Shown piece by piece: positions 40,453 through 49,972 of a stretch of DNA of 64,000 nt; position 1 is the stretch's first letter, and each line of letters starts with the position of its first letter. The DNA comes from Planctomycetota bacterium (GTDB taxonomy: Bacteria; Planctomycetota; UBA1135; UBA2386). The stretch covers positions 480,001 through 544,000 of the forward strand of contig OZ245838.1 in assembly GCA_965228735.1 (NCBI GenBank). Direction: 5' to 3'. Both the position numbers and the translations under genes were made by a program. Below the pieces are notes generated by a model. That model was not told the DNA's origin, made no database searches, and saw only the letters and a list, made by a program, of their open reading frames with translations.

Positions 40453-41433
40453 ATGAAATCCATGTTCCCGTTCCTGCTCGTAGGCGTGCTTTTCGCGATC
40501 CCGTGCGGCGCCCAGGGCATCACACTCAAGTCGGGAGAGGTGGTCATCGGTCGCGTCGTCGATGTGGACGACACGACGCTCAAAGTGGCAGTCACGTTCC
40601 CGAAGTTGGAGGTTCGCGAGCTGCCCAGAGCAGACGTCGCGCCACGCTCGATCTACTCCGTTCTCGCGTCTCGCATCGACCGAGACAGCGGCAAGGCACA
40701 TCTCGACCTTGCCGGGACCTGTGACGAGCTCGGCCTGTTTGCGTTCGGCATCGCCGAGGCCCGGGAGGCCGCGGCGCTGGATCCGTCGCTGGCCCCCAAA
40801 GCGAGGCGGATGGAGCGGGAGTTCCGCGAGAAGATCGCGATGCAGATCCTGCGCGCCGCGGAAGCCGACTTTGTCGATGGCCGTCTCGGGGCGGCGGAGC
40901 GCACCGTCCATGCGATCGTTCGCGACTACGCAGACACCAGCGTGGTCTCGGAGGCACGCAAGCTCGCCAAGAAGATCGTGCGCCGCAAGAACCCGGCGGC
41001 CCGCGAGGCGTCCGCCAGGGAGATCGACGCAGCCGTCAAGAAGACCCGGCGAGCTCTCGAGATCGCGGCCAAGGACCTGGACGTGCCCGTTCACGGCCGG
41101 ATGCGCCATCAGCGTGCGCTGCAGCAGGCCATCAGGCGGCTCGAGAAGGTGTGGAAGGAAGTCGGTGACCTCGTCGGACCGCCGACCGAGCCCGTGTCCA
41201 CGACGTCGGCAGTATCGCCGACCGAGCGACTCGCCGCAGCGCAGTCGGATCTGCGCAAGCGCCTCACGGCAGCCTACCTCGCGCTCGGCACGATCTACCT
41301 CGAGCGGCGCGCTTTGCCCGATGCCGACGAGTGGTGCAACAAGGCGTGTGACCTCGATCCCGAGAACAAGCGTTCCCACGCGCTGCACACGTTGATCCTG
41401 CAAGCCAAGATCGTCAATGGTTGGGGCTACTGA
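40453..41433 (+). CDS. Secreted helical/TPR-like hypothetical protein (paralog of 34077-35039)
   Basis: AAGGAG RBS; same motifs as its paralog. Confidence 0.78.
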   Translation: MKSMFPFLLVGVLFAIPCGAQGITLKSGEVVIGRVVDVDDTTLKVAVTFPKLEVRELPRADVAPRSIYSVLASRIDRDSGKAHLDLAGTCDELGLFAFGIAEAREAAALDPSLAPKARRMEREFREKIAMQILRAAEADFVDGRLGAAERTVHAIVRDYADTSVVSEARKLAKKIVRRKNPAAREASAREIDAAVKKTRRALEIAAKDLDVPVHGRMRHQRALQQAIRRLEKVWKEVGDLVGPPTEPVSTTSAVSPTERLAAAQSDLRKRLTAAYLALGTIYLERRALPDADEWCNKACDLDPENKRSHALHTLILQAKIVNGWGY

Positions 41434-41458
41434 TCGCGACTACCTCCGGGAGCGGACC

Positions 41459-42454
41459 GTGACACGCTACTCTTTCACTACATCGACACGCGCCGGCGAG
41501 GGAAAGATCCGCCTGCGCCGCGGGGATCCGAGTCGCCACTGGGTCGTCGTGCTTGCTGGTGGCAACGGATCGCGACTCGGGGCGCTGACCTCGGACGGCA
41601 TGGGGTGGTCTCTCCCGAAGCAGTACTGTTCGCTCTTCGGCGGGCGCTCACTGCTCGGCGATGCGCTTGCCCGGGCCGAACGTCTCACGGACCGCAGCCG
41701 CGTGTTGACGGTCGTGGCGAGTCAGCACGAGCCATTCTGGCGGCGTGACCTCGGTGGCCGCGAGACCGGCAACCTCATCGCGCAGCCGCGCGACCGGGGC
41801 ACCGCGGCGGGCATCCTGCTGCCGCTGCTTTCGATCCTCGCTCGGGACCCCGACGCGCACGTCACCGTGATGCCGTCGGACCACTACGTCGCGGACGAGG
41901 ATGGCCTGGCACGATCGGTTCGCTCGGCCCAGAGTGTCGCCGACGCATCACCGGAGCGGGTGATTCTCGTGGGTATCGATCCCGACCGGCCCGAGACGGA
42001 CTACGGTTGGATCCTGCCCGGCCAGCGCGATGGTGGAGCTTGGCGTGTGACCCGCTTCGTCGAGAAGCCGAGCCGCAAAGAGGCCGTCGAGCTGATGCGG
42101 CGCGGGGCGGTCTGGAACGCCTTTCTCATGACGGGTGCGGCTCGCGCCGTGTTGCAACTCTATGTCGAGCGCTTGCCGCAGCTGCTCGCAGCGTTTCGCG
42201 GTGCCGACGTGACCGTCGCCAAGGACTGCCTGGCACAGTTGTACGAGACCCTCCCGTCGGTGGATTTCTGCCGTGACCTGTTGGCCGGGGCGGAAACCCG
42301 CCTCGGGCTCGTGGTTGCTCGCCGGTGTGGCTGGACCGACCTCGGTACGCCGGCCCGCGTCGCCAGGTGCGCCGAGGCAAACGACCATCCGGTGCCGGCG
42401 GGCGACAGTCTGGTGGCTGCCGCGCTGCGCGCCGGTTCGCCTGAAGTGGGCTGA
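41459..42454 (+). CDS. Mannose-1-phosphate guanylyltransferase-like nucleotidyltransferase
   Basis: VLAGGNGSRL, PKQY, QPRDRGTA, PSDH, YGWI, FVEKP, GWTDLG. Confidence 0.85.
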   Translation: MTRYSFTTSTRAGEGKIRLRRGDPSRHWVVVLAGGNGSRLGALTSDGMGWSLPKQYCSLFGGRSLLGDALARAERLTDRSRVLTVVASQHEPFWRRDLGGRETGNLIAQPRDRGTAAGILLPLLSILARDPDAHVTVMPSDHYVADEDGLARSVRSAQSVADASPERVILVGIDPDRPETDYGWILPGQRDGGAWRVTRFVEKPSRKEAVELMRRGAVWNAFLMTGAARAVLQLYVERLPQLLAAFRGADVTVAKDCLAQLYETLPSVDFCRDLLAGAETRLGLVVARRCGWTDLGTPARVARCAEANDHPVPAGDSLVAAALRAGSPEVG

Positions 42455-42481
42455 GCCCGTGGAATGAAAAGAGAGGAGAAC

Positions 42482-42823
42482 ATGATTCACATAGTGCGTG
42501 GCGTGCGTGGCGCGGTCGTCTTCGGTATCGCGGCGGTCGTTCTCACGGGTTGTTGTTCAGTTGCCGACGCGGATGCGTCGGGAAAGACCGCGGTTTGCCA
42601 GGAGTGCTTCGACGCCGTCAACCGGGCTCGATCGGACCATCCCGCATCCGGGCCCCAGCACAACGAGACTCTTCGGACCTACGATTGCCCGTGCTGCAAG
42701 ACAGAGATGTCCGTCTATGTCGAGCGCGGAGTGCACAAGGTGAGGTGCGGGGGATGTGCTGTCGACGGGGTGGCGTGGGATCGCTGCGAGCCCAGCGAAC
42801 ACGTCGCGGGCCAGCGGCCGTGA
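42482..42823 (+). CDS. Cys-rich lipoprotein
   Basis: GAGGAG RBS; lipobox LTGC; CQEC, CPCC and CGGC motifs. Confidence 0.65.
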   Translation: MIHIVRGVRGAVVFGIAAVVLTGCCSVADADASGKTAVCQECFDAVNRARSDHPASGPQHNETLRTYDCPCCKTEMSVYVERGVHKVRCGGCAVDGVAWDRCEPSEHVAGQRP

Positions 42824-42898
42824 AGTGTCCCTGATGATCAGAAACCGTGCCGCCGGACGCGCCGGTGTTTCGAACCGTGGAGTCTTGGAGATAGCGAA

Positions 42899-43840
42899 AT
42901 GATCAAGTGCAAGCAGTTGGAAGTCTCTTGGATGGGTCCCGTGTTGGTGGCCGTCCTCTTGTCGTCGACAGTGTCGGCGGCGCCCGTTCCGCCGCAGGAT
43001 CCCGTCGACCACAAGAGCCACGCCGAGCACGTCGCCAAGCAGGAGCCGTCGCTCGCCGAACAGTTGGCGGATCTCAAGGCGAAGGTCGCGAAGCTCGAAG
43101 CCGCCCTGCATCAGAATCACCAGGGGCGGTCGCAGCAGCCGGCCCAGACCGGTGCCGCCGCCGGAGGCATGGCCATGGGCGGCAACCAGCAGGGCATGGG
43201 GGGCATGGGCATGGGCGGCATGATGAAGGGCATGGGCGGCATGGGCATGGGGACGGGCGGCATGATGAAGGGGATGGGCGGCATGGGCGGCATGAACATG
43301 AACGCCACCGGCTCGGTGTCGGGCATGCAGGCCTCTCCCGATGGCTCGAGCATGTCCATGGGCGCAATGGGCGGCATGGGCATGGGCCAGATGAAGCGGA
43401 TGCGCATGATGGGGTCGATGGGGCGCGCGCAGACCCCTGGTCGATCCGCGGTGCTTTCCGCGCTACCGGGTTTCCCCGGCGCGTCGCACATCTACCACAT
43501 CGGGGCGAGCAGCCACTTTCTCGAATACGCCGACGCGTTGGGTCTGTCCCGTGACCAGCACAAGCAGCTGTCCGAACTGCACGAGCGATCGGAGTTGCAG
43601 CAGAACGACCTGGAGCGGGCTCTCGAGCAGCTCGAGCAGGAGCTGTGGGTGCTGACGAGCGAGGGCGAGCCCGACGTCGCCGCAGTCAGCGGAAAGGTGC
43701 GGGAGATCGCCACGAAGAACGCCGAGATGCGCCTCGAGTTCATTCGCAGCGTCGGCGAAGCCGCCAAGGCGCTGACCGACGCGCAGCGCAAGGCACTCGT
43801 CGGTGAATACGAAGCCGGCGCGTCTTCGGACAGCAAATGA
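42899..43840 (+). CDS. Met/Gly-rich Spy/CpxP-like periplasmic metal-binding protein
   Basis: HxxHxxH near the N-terminus, long GM tract, LGLSRDQ...LTDAQRK (LTxxQ motifs). Confidence 0.75.
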   Translation: MIKCKQLEVSWMGPVLVAVLLSSTVSAAPVPPQDPVDHKSHAEHVAKQEPSLAEQLADLKAKVAKLEAALHQNHQGRSQQPAQTGAAAGGMAMGGNQQGMGGMGMGGMMKGMGGMGMGTGGMMKGMGGMGGMNMNATGSVSGMQASPDGSSMSMGAMGGMGMGQMKRMRMMGSMGRAQTPGRSAVLSALPGFPGASHIYHIGASSHFLEYADALGLSRDQHKQLSELHERSELQQNDLERALEQLEQELWVLTSEGEPDVAAVSGKVREIATKNAEMRLEFIRSVGEAAKALTDAQRKALVGEYEAGASSDSK

Positions 43841-45684
43841 AGCCGGCGCGTCGAGGCTCGTCGGCGATCACGCGCGGTCCGTTCCTTCTGGCTCTCGTGT
43901 GTGGCCTCGTCATGGCGTCATCGGCTGCCGTGACGGCACAGGTGTCTCCCGAAGAGCACGCCAGGCACCATCCGGGACAGCAGGGTGAGGGCGCAGGGGC
44001 AGCAAAGCCGTCCGGCGATGCGGGCGGCATGATGGGCGGCATGGGGGAGATGATGAAGAACATGGGCGTGCCGCCGCCCAAGGAGCTCTACCCCTCGCTG
44101 ATGGCGCTGCCCGATCTGCCACTCGAGATGCGCGCAGAGGTTCAGGCCAAGGCGCACGAGCGCATGAAGTCGGGAACTGCCCGGCTGTCCGACGGGCTCG
44201 GTCGCCTCGCTGCCGCCGCTCCGGGAGACGACTGGCAGGCCATGCAGGCGGCCATGGCAACGATTCGAGAGGGTCTTGCAGAGTTCGAGAGCGGCCTCGC
44301 CGCGCATCAGGCCCTGGCGGAGGGCAAGGCGCCGCGCAGCGTCGCGATGCACTGGTTCAAGAGCCAGATGAACCTGCTTCCGCCGGCGTCGTCGCCGGCC
44401 CGAACGGGACCGTTCGGGCTCGGTTGGTTCCACTTCGCGGCCATGCTCGTGCTCGTCGCGTTCACCGCGGCCATGGTCTGGATGTACTTCCACAAGATGC
44501 GGCGTGCGGCCGACCTGGTCGAGAAGCTGACAGCCGGCGCTGCGCTACCGGCGTCGCCGGCGAATGCCGCGGCCACCGGCAACGCAGCCGTTGCGGTCGC
44601 AGCCTCATCTCGGCCGAGCGAGACGGGCACCTCCCCCGAACGATGGTCGGGGCGTCTTGCTGTGTGTCGCGTGTTCGTCGAGACGCCGACGATCAAGACC
44701 TTCCGCCTGGTCTCCGAAGGCGGGGAGGGCGTGCCGTTTCGGTTCTTGCCGGGACAGTTTCTGACCCTGGCGATGCCGATCGGCGGGAAGGTCGTCAAGC
44801 GGTCCTACACGATCGCGTCCTCGCCGACGGTGCAGGGCTACGTCGAGATCACCGTGAAGCGCGAAGAAAACGGCACCGTGTCGAAGCATCTCCACGACCA
44901 CGTGGCTGCGGGTGACATGCTCGACCTCTCGGCGCCGATGGGCAAGTTCTGCTTCGCGGGAGTGGAGGCCCCGAGCATCGTGCTCATTGGAGGTGGGGTC
45001 GGCATCACGCCGCTGATGAGTGTCGTCCGATACCTGACCGACATCGGCTGGCCGGGCCGGATCACGTTGCTTTTCGTGTGTCGTGACCGTCGCGAGTTCG
45101 TCTTTCGCGACGAGCTGACCGCGTTGGAGCGTCGCCACCCCAACCTGAGAGTCGTCCCCAGCCTCACTCGTGAGGCGGGCAAGGGCTGGAAGGGCCTACG
45201 TGGTCGACTCACCCGGCAGATGATCGCGGATGCCGTGCCGGATCTGTCGGGTCAGAGGATCCACGTCTGCGGGCCGCAGCCGATGATGCAGGCCGCCGAG
45301 GAGGCGCTCGTCGAGCTCGGGGTGCCACCCGAGAACATCAGGACCGAGGCCTTCGGCGCCGGGAAGGCGAAGCGAAAGGCCGGATCGCCCGCTTCTGGCG
45401 CGGATGCACCTGACGCGGCGGCTCCGGCTACGGTGTCGTTCGCCCAGTCGGGCAAGGTCGGTCCGATCGGCGAGGACGAAACCATCCTGGACGTCGCCGA
45501 TACCGTCGGCGTCGATATCGAGAACTCCTGCCGTGCCGGCACGTGTGGCTCGTGCAAGGTCCGGCTCGTCGAGGGGTCGGTCGAGATGGAAACGGACGAC
45601 GCGCTCGAGCCGGACGAGAAGGCCAGTGGTTGGGTCCTCGCTTGCCAGGCCAAGACGCATGGGAGCGTGAAGGTCGATGCCTGA
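43837..45684 (+). CDS. Membrane-anchored FAD/NAD-binding oxidoreductase with C-terminal 2Fe-2S ferredoxin
   Basis: PGQFL, RSYTIAS, GGVGITP, CGPQPMM, SCRAGTCGSC...LACQ. Confidence 0.9.
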   Translation: MKPARRGSSAITRGPFLLALVCGLVMASSAAVTAQVSPEEHARHHPGQQGEGAGAAKPSGDAGGMMGGMGEMMKNMGVPPPKELYPSLMALPDLPLEMRAEVQAKAHERMKSGTARLSDGLGRLAAAAPGDDWQAMQAAMATIREGLAEFESGLAAHQALAEGKAPRSVAMHWFKSQMNLLPPASSPARTGPFGLGWFHFAAMLVLVAFTAAMVWMYFHKMRRAADLVEKLTAGAALPASPANAAATGNAAVAVAASSRPSETGTSPERWSGRLAVCRVFVETPTIKTFRLVSEGGEGVPFRFLPGQFLTLAMPIGGKVVKRSYTIASSPTVQGYVEITVKREENGTVSKHLHDHVAAGDMLDLSAPMGKFCFAGVEAPSIVLIGGGVGITPLMSVVRYLTDIGWPGRITLLFVCRDRREFVFRDELTALERRHPNLRVVPSLTREAGKGWKGLRGRLTRQMIADAVPDLSGQRIHVCGPQPMMQAAEEALVELGVPPENIRTEAFGAGKAKRKAGSPASGADAPDAAAPATVSFAQSGKVGPIGEDETILDVADTVGVDIENSCRAGTCGSCKVRLVEGSVEMETDDALEPDEKASGWVLACQAKTHGSVKVDA

Positions 45685-46465
45685 TTCGCGGAACAGTTCG
45701 GCGGCACAGGAGCGCGAGAGCACGGTCGTCGGCGGCCTCGTGCTGCTGATGCTGGTGCTCTGGCTCGGGTTTCTGCTGCATCGCGCGCCCGAGTTCCCGG
45801 GCAGCGGGGTTGGTCACGCCCTCGGGGTCGTGGGCGCGCTGCTGATGCTCGTTCCGCTCGCCTACGTCGTCGTCAAGCGGGTGCCAAGGCTCCGCAAGTC
45901 GGTGACGAAGCGGTTCCCGATGCGCACCCTGCTCGCATGGCACATCTATGCGGGGGTTCTCGGGCCCGTGCTCGTGCTATTGCACACCGGCCACCGCTTC
46001 GAGAGTCCGCTGGCGATCGCGCTCACCGCGCTGACGATCATCGTCGTCTTGAGTGGCTATGTCGGGCGTTACCTGATGCGGAACATCAACGCCGAGCTGC
46101 GGGAGAAGCGGCAGCAGCTGGAGGCGATCGAGGCGGAATACGAACGGATGCGGCAGGTGCTCGCGACGGCGAGCGGTGCTTCCACCGTCCTGGCGCAGAA
46201 TCGCTCCGTTTGGCGTCGAATCGTGGCCGCGTTCTTCGTCCGTGACGCGGCCCAGGACCCCGTCCTCGCGGCGATGGTGCCGCGAGCGCTGCGTCTGGTG
46301 GAGTCGCGTGCCGACCTCGAGTACGCGGTCGGCACGCACGAGCGCTTCAAGCGTTGGTTCGGAGTCTGGCTCCGGTGGCACATCGTGCTGAGCTTCGGGT
46401 TGTATGTGCTGCTCGGACTGCACGTCTGGGCGGTCATCTACTTCGGCCTGCGGTGGCTGTCGTGA
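45677..46465 (+). CDS. Ferric reductase-like transmembrane protein
   Basis: TM His pairs WHIYAG...LLHTGH and WHIVLS...LHV. Confidence 0.7.
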   Translation: MPDSRNSSAAQERESTVVGGLVLLMLVLWLGFLLHRAPEFPGSGVGHALGVVGALLMLVPLAYVVVKRVPRLRKSVTKRFPMRTLLAWHIYAGVLGPVLVLLHTGHRFESPLAIALTALTIIVVLSGYVGRYLMRNINAELREKRQQLEAIEAEYERMRQVLATASGASTVLAQNRSVWRRIVAAFFVRDAAQDPVLAAMVPRALRLVESRADLEYAVGTHERFKRWFGVWLRWHIVLSFGLYVLLGLHVWAVIYFGLRWLS

Positions 46466-47238
46466 GTCGCCGCGCGACCTGGGGCTGGATTCTGGTCGCT
46501 GGCGCGGTCTTCGTCGGTGCGTTGGCACTCGAGCCGCGTCTGCGCCAGAGCTCGTTGTGGCTGCAGATGGCGAGCCCCGGAGACCTGTCCGCCGCGCACG
46601 CCGACCTCGCCGGCGACTGCGCGGCGTGTCATTCCCCGGTTGAAGGGGTGACAGCGGCCAGGTGCATCGTCTGTCACGCCAACAACGAGCGGCTCCTGCA
46701 GAGCCAGCCGACGGCGTTTCATGCCGCGGTGTCGAGCTGCAGCGAGTGTCACCCCGAGCATCGCGGCGGTGGGGCGCTGGCGACGTCGATGGATCACGAG
46801 GCGCTGGCCACGATCGGCCTGCGGGAGCTGGAGCGTCACCCGGATCCCGAGCGACAACAGTTCGCCCGGTCCATTCGTCACGTCACGCTCGAAGGTAGCG
46901 ACGATGTTCACCCTGGCCTGACGCCGGTCGAGGGGGCGCTCGACTGCAGTTCCTGTCACACCACGTCGGATCCTCATCTCGGTCTTTTCGGTTCCGGCTG
47001 CGCGGCGTGCCACGAAACGCGTTCGTGGTCGATCTCCGAGTTTCGACATCCGTCCGCGGGGTCACGCGACTGTGCGCACTGCCATCAGGCGCCGCCGAGC
47101 CACTACATGATGCACTTCAAGATGATCTCCGCGAAGGTCGCGCGCAAACCGCACGCCCGCGTCGAACAGTGCTACGAGTGCCATCGGATCACCTCGTGGA
47201 ACGACATTCCCGGCATCGGCCACTACAAGCATCACTGA
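46462..47238 (+). CDS. Multiheme c-type cytochrome (7 CxxCH)
   Basis: SPGDLSAAH; CAACH, CIVCH, CSECH, CSSCH, CAACH, CAHCH, CYECH. Confidence 0.88.
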   Translation: MSRRATWGWILVAGAVFVGALALEPRLRQSSLWLQMASPGDLSAAHADLAGDCAACHSPVEGVTAARCIVCHANNERLLQSQPTAFHAAVSSCSECHPEHRGGGALATSMDHEALATIGLRELERHPDPERQQFARSIRHVTLEGSDDVHPGLTPVEGALDCSSCHTTSDPHLGLFGSGCAACHETRSWSISEFRHPSAGSRDCAHCHQAPPSHYMMHFKMISAKVARKPHARVEQCYECHRITSWNDIPGIGHYKHH

Positions 47239-47251
47239 GCAGGAGGCGCGG

Positions 47252-48052
47252 ATGACACGACGTGACGTATCCACGAACCCTGTTTCAGACAGTGGTGCGC
47301 CGTGCGAGTTCGGGCACGCGAAGTGGGGTAAGCGTTCGCCGCACGTCGGCGAGACTCGGTTTCTGCTCGGAGCGGGAGGCCGGCTCGCAGACCTGATGCG
47401 CGTCGCTCGGATCAGCGTCGAGTTCGTGCGCGGCTTTCGCGCGTTCCGCGGGCTGCCTCCGACCGTGACCGTGTTCGGTTCGGCACGGTTCGGCGAGGGG
47501 GATCCACATTACGAGATGGCTCGCGATCTCGGGCGCCAGCTGGCCGAGCACGGGTTTGCGGTCATGACCGGCGGCGGCCCCGGGATGATGGAGGCGGCCA
47601 ATCGCGGCGCGGCCGAGGCCGGCGGGACGTCCGTGGGCTGCAACATCGTCCTGCCGAAGGAGCAAGAGCCCAACGGGTACGTCCAGCGCTGGACCGAGTT
47701 CCGCTACTTCTTCGTGCGCAAGGTGATGCTGCTGAAGTACAGCTGCGGATTCGTCGCTCTGCCCGGTGGCTACGGCACGCTCGATGAGATCTTCGAGACG
47801 GCGACGCTGATCCAGACCGAGAAGGTGCGTGACTTCCCGGTCGTGCTGATGGGGCGGGACTACTGGGAGCCGTTGCGGGAGTTCCTGGCCGAGCGCCTGC
47901 TGGCACGGGGGGCCATTGAAGGCCTCGACCTCGACCGCCTGACGATTACCGACGATGTGGCGGCCGCCGTGCAGTGCCTGCGCCAATGTGCCGAGCGCAG
48001 GTTCGGCATCGCCATTCCCGCCGCCGTGAAAGCGGGCGAGGTGCATCGATGA
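47252..48052 (+). CDS. LOG-family (TIGR00730-like) Rossmann-fold protein
   Basis: VTVFGSAR, TGGGPGMMEAANRGA, FFVRK, PGGYGTLDE. Confidence 0.9.
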   Translation: MTRRDVSTNPVSDSGAPCEFGHAKWGKRSPHVGETRFLLGAGGRLADLMRVARISVEFVRGFRAFRGLPPTVTVFGSARFGEGDPHYEMARDLGRQLAEHGFAVMTGGGPGMMEAANRGAAEAGGTSVGCNIVLPKEQEPNGYVQRWTEFRYFFVRKVMLLKYSCGFVALPGGYGTLDEIFETATLIQTEKVRDFPVVLMGRDYWEPLREFLAERLLARGAIEGLDLDRLTITDDVAAAVQCLRQCAERRFGIAIPAAVKAGEVHR

Positions 48053-49410
48053 AGGTGCACTTCCTCGGTGCTGCCGGGACCGTCACGGGCTCGAAGTATC
48101 TCGTCGAGTGCCGAGACGGGACCAGAGTGCTCGTCGACTGTGGTCTCTTCCAGGGACCGAAGCGTTTGCGAGAGCGCAACTGGGCCGGGTTTCCGGTGCC
48201 GCCGGGCGAGATCGACGCGGTCCTGCTCACGCATGCGCATATCGATCACACCGGCTACCTTCCCGCGCTCGTCAAGCAGGGGTTCGGCGGCGACGTGTTC
48301 TGCACCGCAGCGACACGCGATCTGGCCGGGATCCTGCTACCGGACTGCGGCCACATCCAACAGGAGGACGCGAAACACGCCAACAAGTGGGGCTACTCGC
48401 GACACAAGGTCGCGTTGCCGCTCTTCACGCGAGCAGACGCGGAGGCGTGCCTACCTCGGCTGCAACCGGTCGCCTACAACGCAAGGTTGCAGCTGACGCC
48501 CCGCCTCTCGGTGACGTTCCATCCTGCGGGTCACATCCTCGGGTCCGCGTTCCTCGTTCTAGAGGACGAAGCGACCCGGCTTTTGTTCAGCGGCGATGTC
48601 GGACGGCAGAACGACGTCATGATGCGCCCTCCGAGTGCGATTCCGGCAGCCGACTACATCGTGTGCGAGTCGACCTACGGAAACCGCCTGCACGAGGACG
48701 CCGATGGCGAGGAGAAGCTCGGCGATGTGATTCGCCGCACCATGGGGCGCGGCGGCAGCGTGGTGATTCCCGCGTTCGCCGTCGGCCGCACGCAGGCGCT
48801 GTTGTTCATGCTGTCCGAGCTGCGGCGCAAGGACCGGATTCCCCGGATGCCGGTGTTCCTCGACAGTCCGATGGCGATCGATACGAGCGAGATCTACTGC
48901 CGGCACAGGGCGGAGCATCGGCTCGACGAGCCATCATGCCGAGCGGCCTGCACGGTGGCGGAGCGGTTGCGTACCCCGGCCGAATCGATGCGACTGAACT
49001 CGATCGCCATCCCCCACGTCGTTCTGTCAGCGAGCGGGATGGCAACGGGAGGTCGGGTCGTTCACCACCTGAAACGGTTGCTCCCTGATGAGCGCAACAC
49101 CGTTCTGTTGGCCGGCTATCAAGCTGCCGCGACTCGGGGCCGCAAGCTCGCGGAGGGCGCGCCGAGCGTTCGAATTCACGGTTCGGAGATCCCCGTCCGA
49201 GCGAACGTCGAATCGCTCGACCACCTGTCCGCGCATGCCGATCGCGCCGAGCTCGTGACCTGGCTGCGCACGGCTCCTGGCCCGCCGCGAAGTCTGCTCG
49301 TCACTCACGGTGAAGCCGAGGCCGCACAGGCGTTCTCGGAGCACGTCAGTAGCGAACTCGGATGGACGACGAGGGTGCCCTCGGATGGAGAAGTCATCGA
49401 TCTCAGCTGA
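48049..49410 (+). CDS. MBL-fold metallo-hydrolase, beta-CASP family
   Basis: GAAGTVTGS, THAHIDH, AGHILGS, ESTYG, SAHAD, HGE. Confidence 0.92.
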   Translation: MKVHFLGAAGTVTGSKYLVECRDGTRVLVDCGLFQGPKRLRERNWAGFPVPPGEIDAVLLTHAHIDHTGYLPALVKQGFGGDVFCTAATRDLAGILLPDCGHIQQEDAKHANKWGYSRHKVALPLFTRADAEACLPRLQPVAYNARLQLTPRLSVTFHPAGHILGSAFLVLEDEATRLLFSGDVGRQNDVMMRPPSAIPAADYIVCESTYGNRLHEDADGEEKLGDVIRRTMGRGGSVVIPAFAVGRTQALLFMLSELRRKDRIPRMPVFLDSPMAIDTSEIYCRHRAEHRLDEPSCRAACTVAERLRTPAESMRLNSIAIPHVVLSASGMATGGRVVHHLKRLLPDERNTVLLAGYQAAATRGRKLAEGAPSVRIHGSEIPVRANVESLDHLSAHADRAELVTWLRTAPGPPRSLLVTHGEAEAAQAFSEHVSSELGWTTRVPSDGEVIDLS

Positions 49411-49879
49411 CGCGAGCAAGGACCACCGAAGCCCGTTCGAGCTGCGTGTTCGCGCACCTGAGGGGTTGCTCTTCCGTGGTCCGATCGTGGCCCTGCGCAT
49501 ACCGGTTGCCGATGGGTACACCGGAGTGCTCGCGAATCATGCGCCGTTGATCGCATCCCTGAGCTGCGGCGTGATGCAGGTGGTGCATCCTGGCGGTCAG
49601 ACGGAGAGGATGGCGATCGGAGAGGGATTCGCCGAGGTTGCCCGCAACCGTGTGCGTCTCGTCGTGCACTTCCTGGATTTCCCGGATGGCATCGATCGCG
49701 AGCGTGCGCATCGGGCGATGGGGCGGGCGTTGTCGCGCCTTCGCCGCGAGACGGAGGAGGAAAGTCTGGATCTGGTCCGGGCCGAGGCGGCGCTCTGTCG
49801 CTCGATCGCTCGGATGTCCGCTTGCGGTTGCGGTTGTGCGATGTGCGGCTCCGCGGCTGGGGTGCCATTACGGCGATGA
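49385..49879 (+). CDS. atpC: Orphan F1 ATP synthase epsilon subunit-like protein
   Basis: PEG...GVLANHAPLI.SL..G...GFAEV..N.V, ID.ERA..A..RA..RL; Cys-rich tail. Confidence 0.7.
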   Translation: MEKSSISADASKDHRSPFELRVRAPEGLLFRGPIVALRIPVADGYTGVLANHAPLIASLSCGVMQVVHPGGQTERMAIGEGFAEVARNRVRLVVHFLDFPDGIDRERAHRAMGRALSRLRRETEEESLDLVRAEAALCRSIARMSACGCGCAMCGSAAGVPLRR

Positions 49880-49972
49880 TGAACGAGCTGTTCCGTCCTA
49901 CGTCCCAGACGTCGCGAGACTTCGTTCTTCGGCCCGGCCACGTTTCGCGAAGCGAGAGTGGAGAATCACACC

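Noticed and set aside
42821..42901. TGA read-through fusing the Cys-rich lipoprotein to the Spy-like gene (frame is open)
   Set aside because: The TGA is not in a Cys-type motif, and the downstream protein has its own signal peptide.
43168..43420. GGCATG tandem repeats as CRISPR or VNTR
   Set aside because: They encode the Gly/Met tract of a protein; there is no repeat-spacer structure. No CRISPR array was seen in the window.
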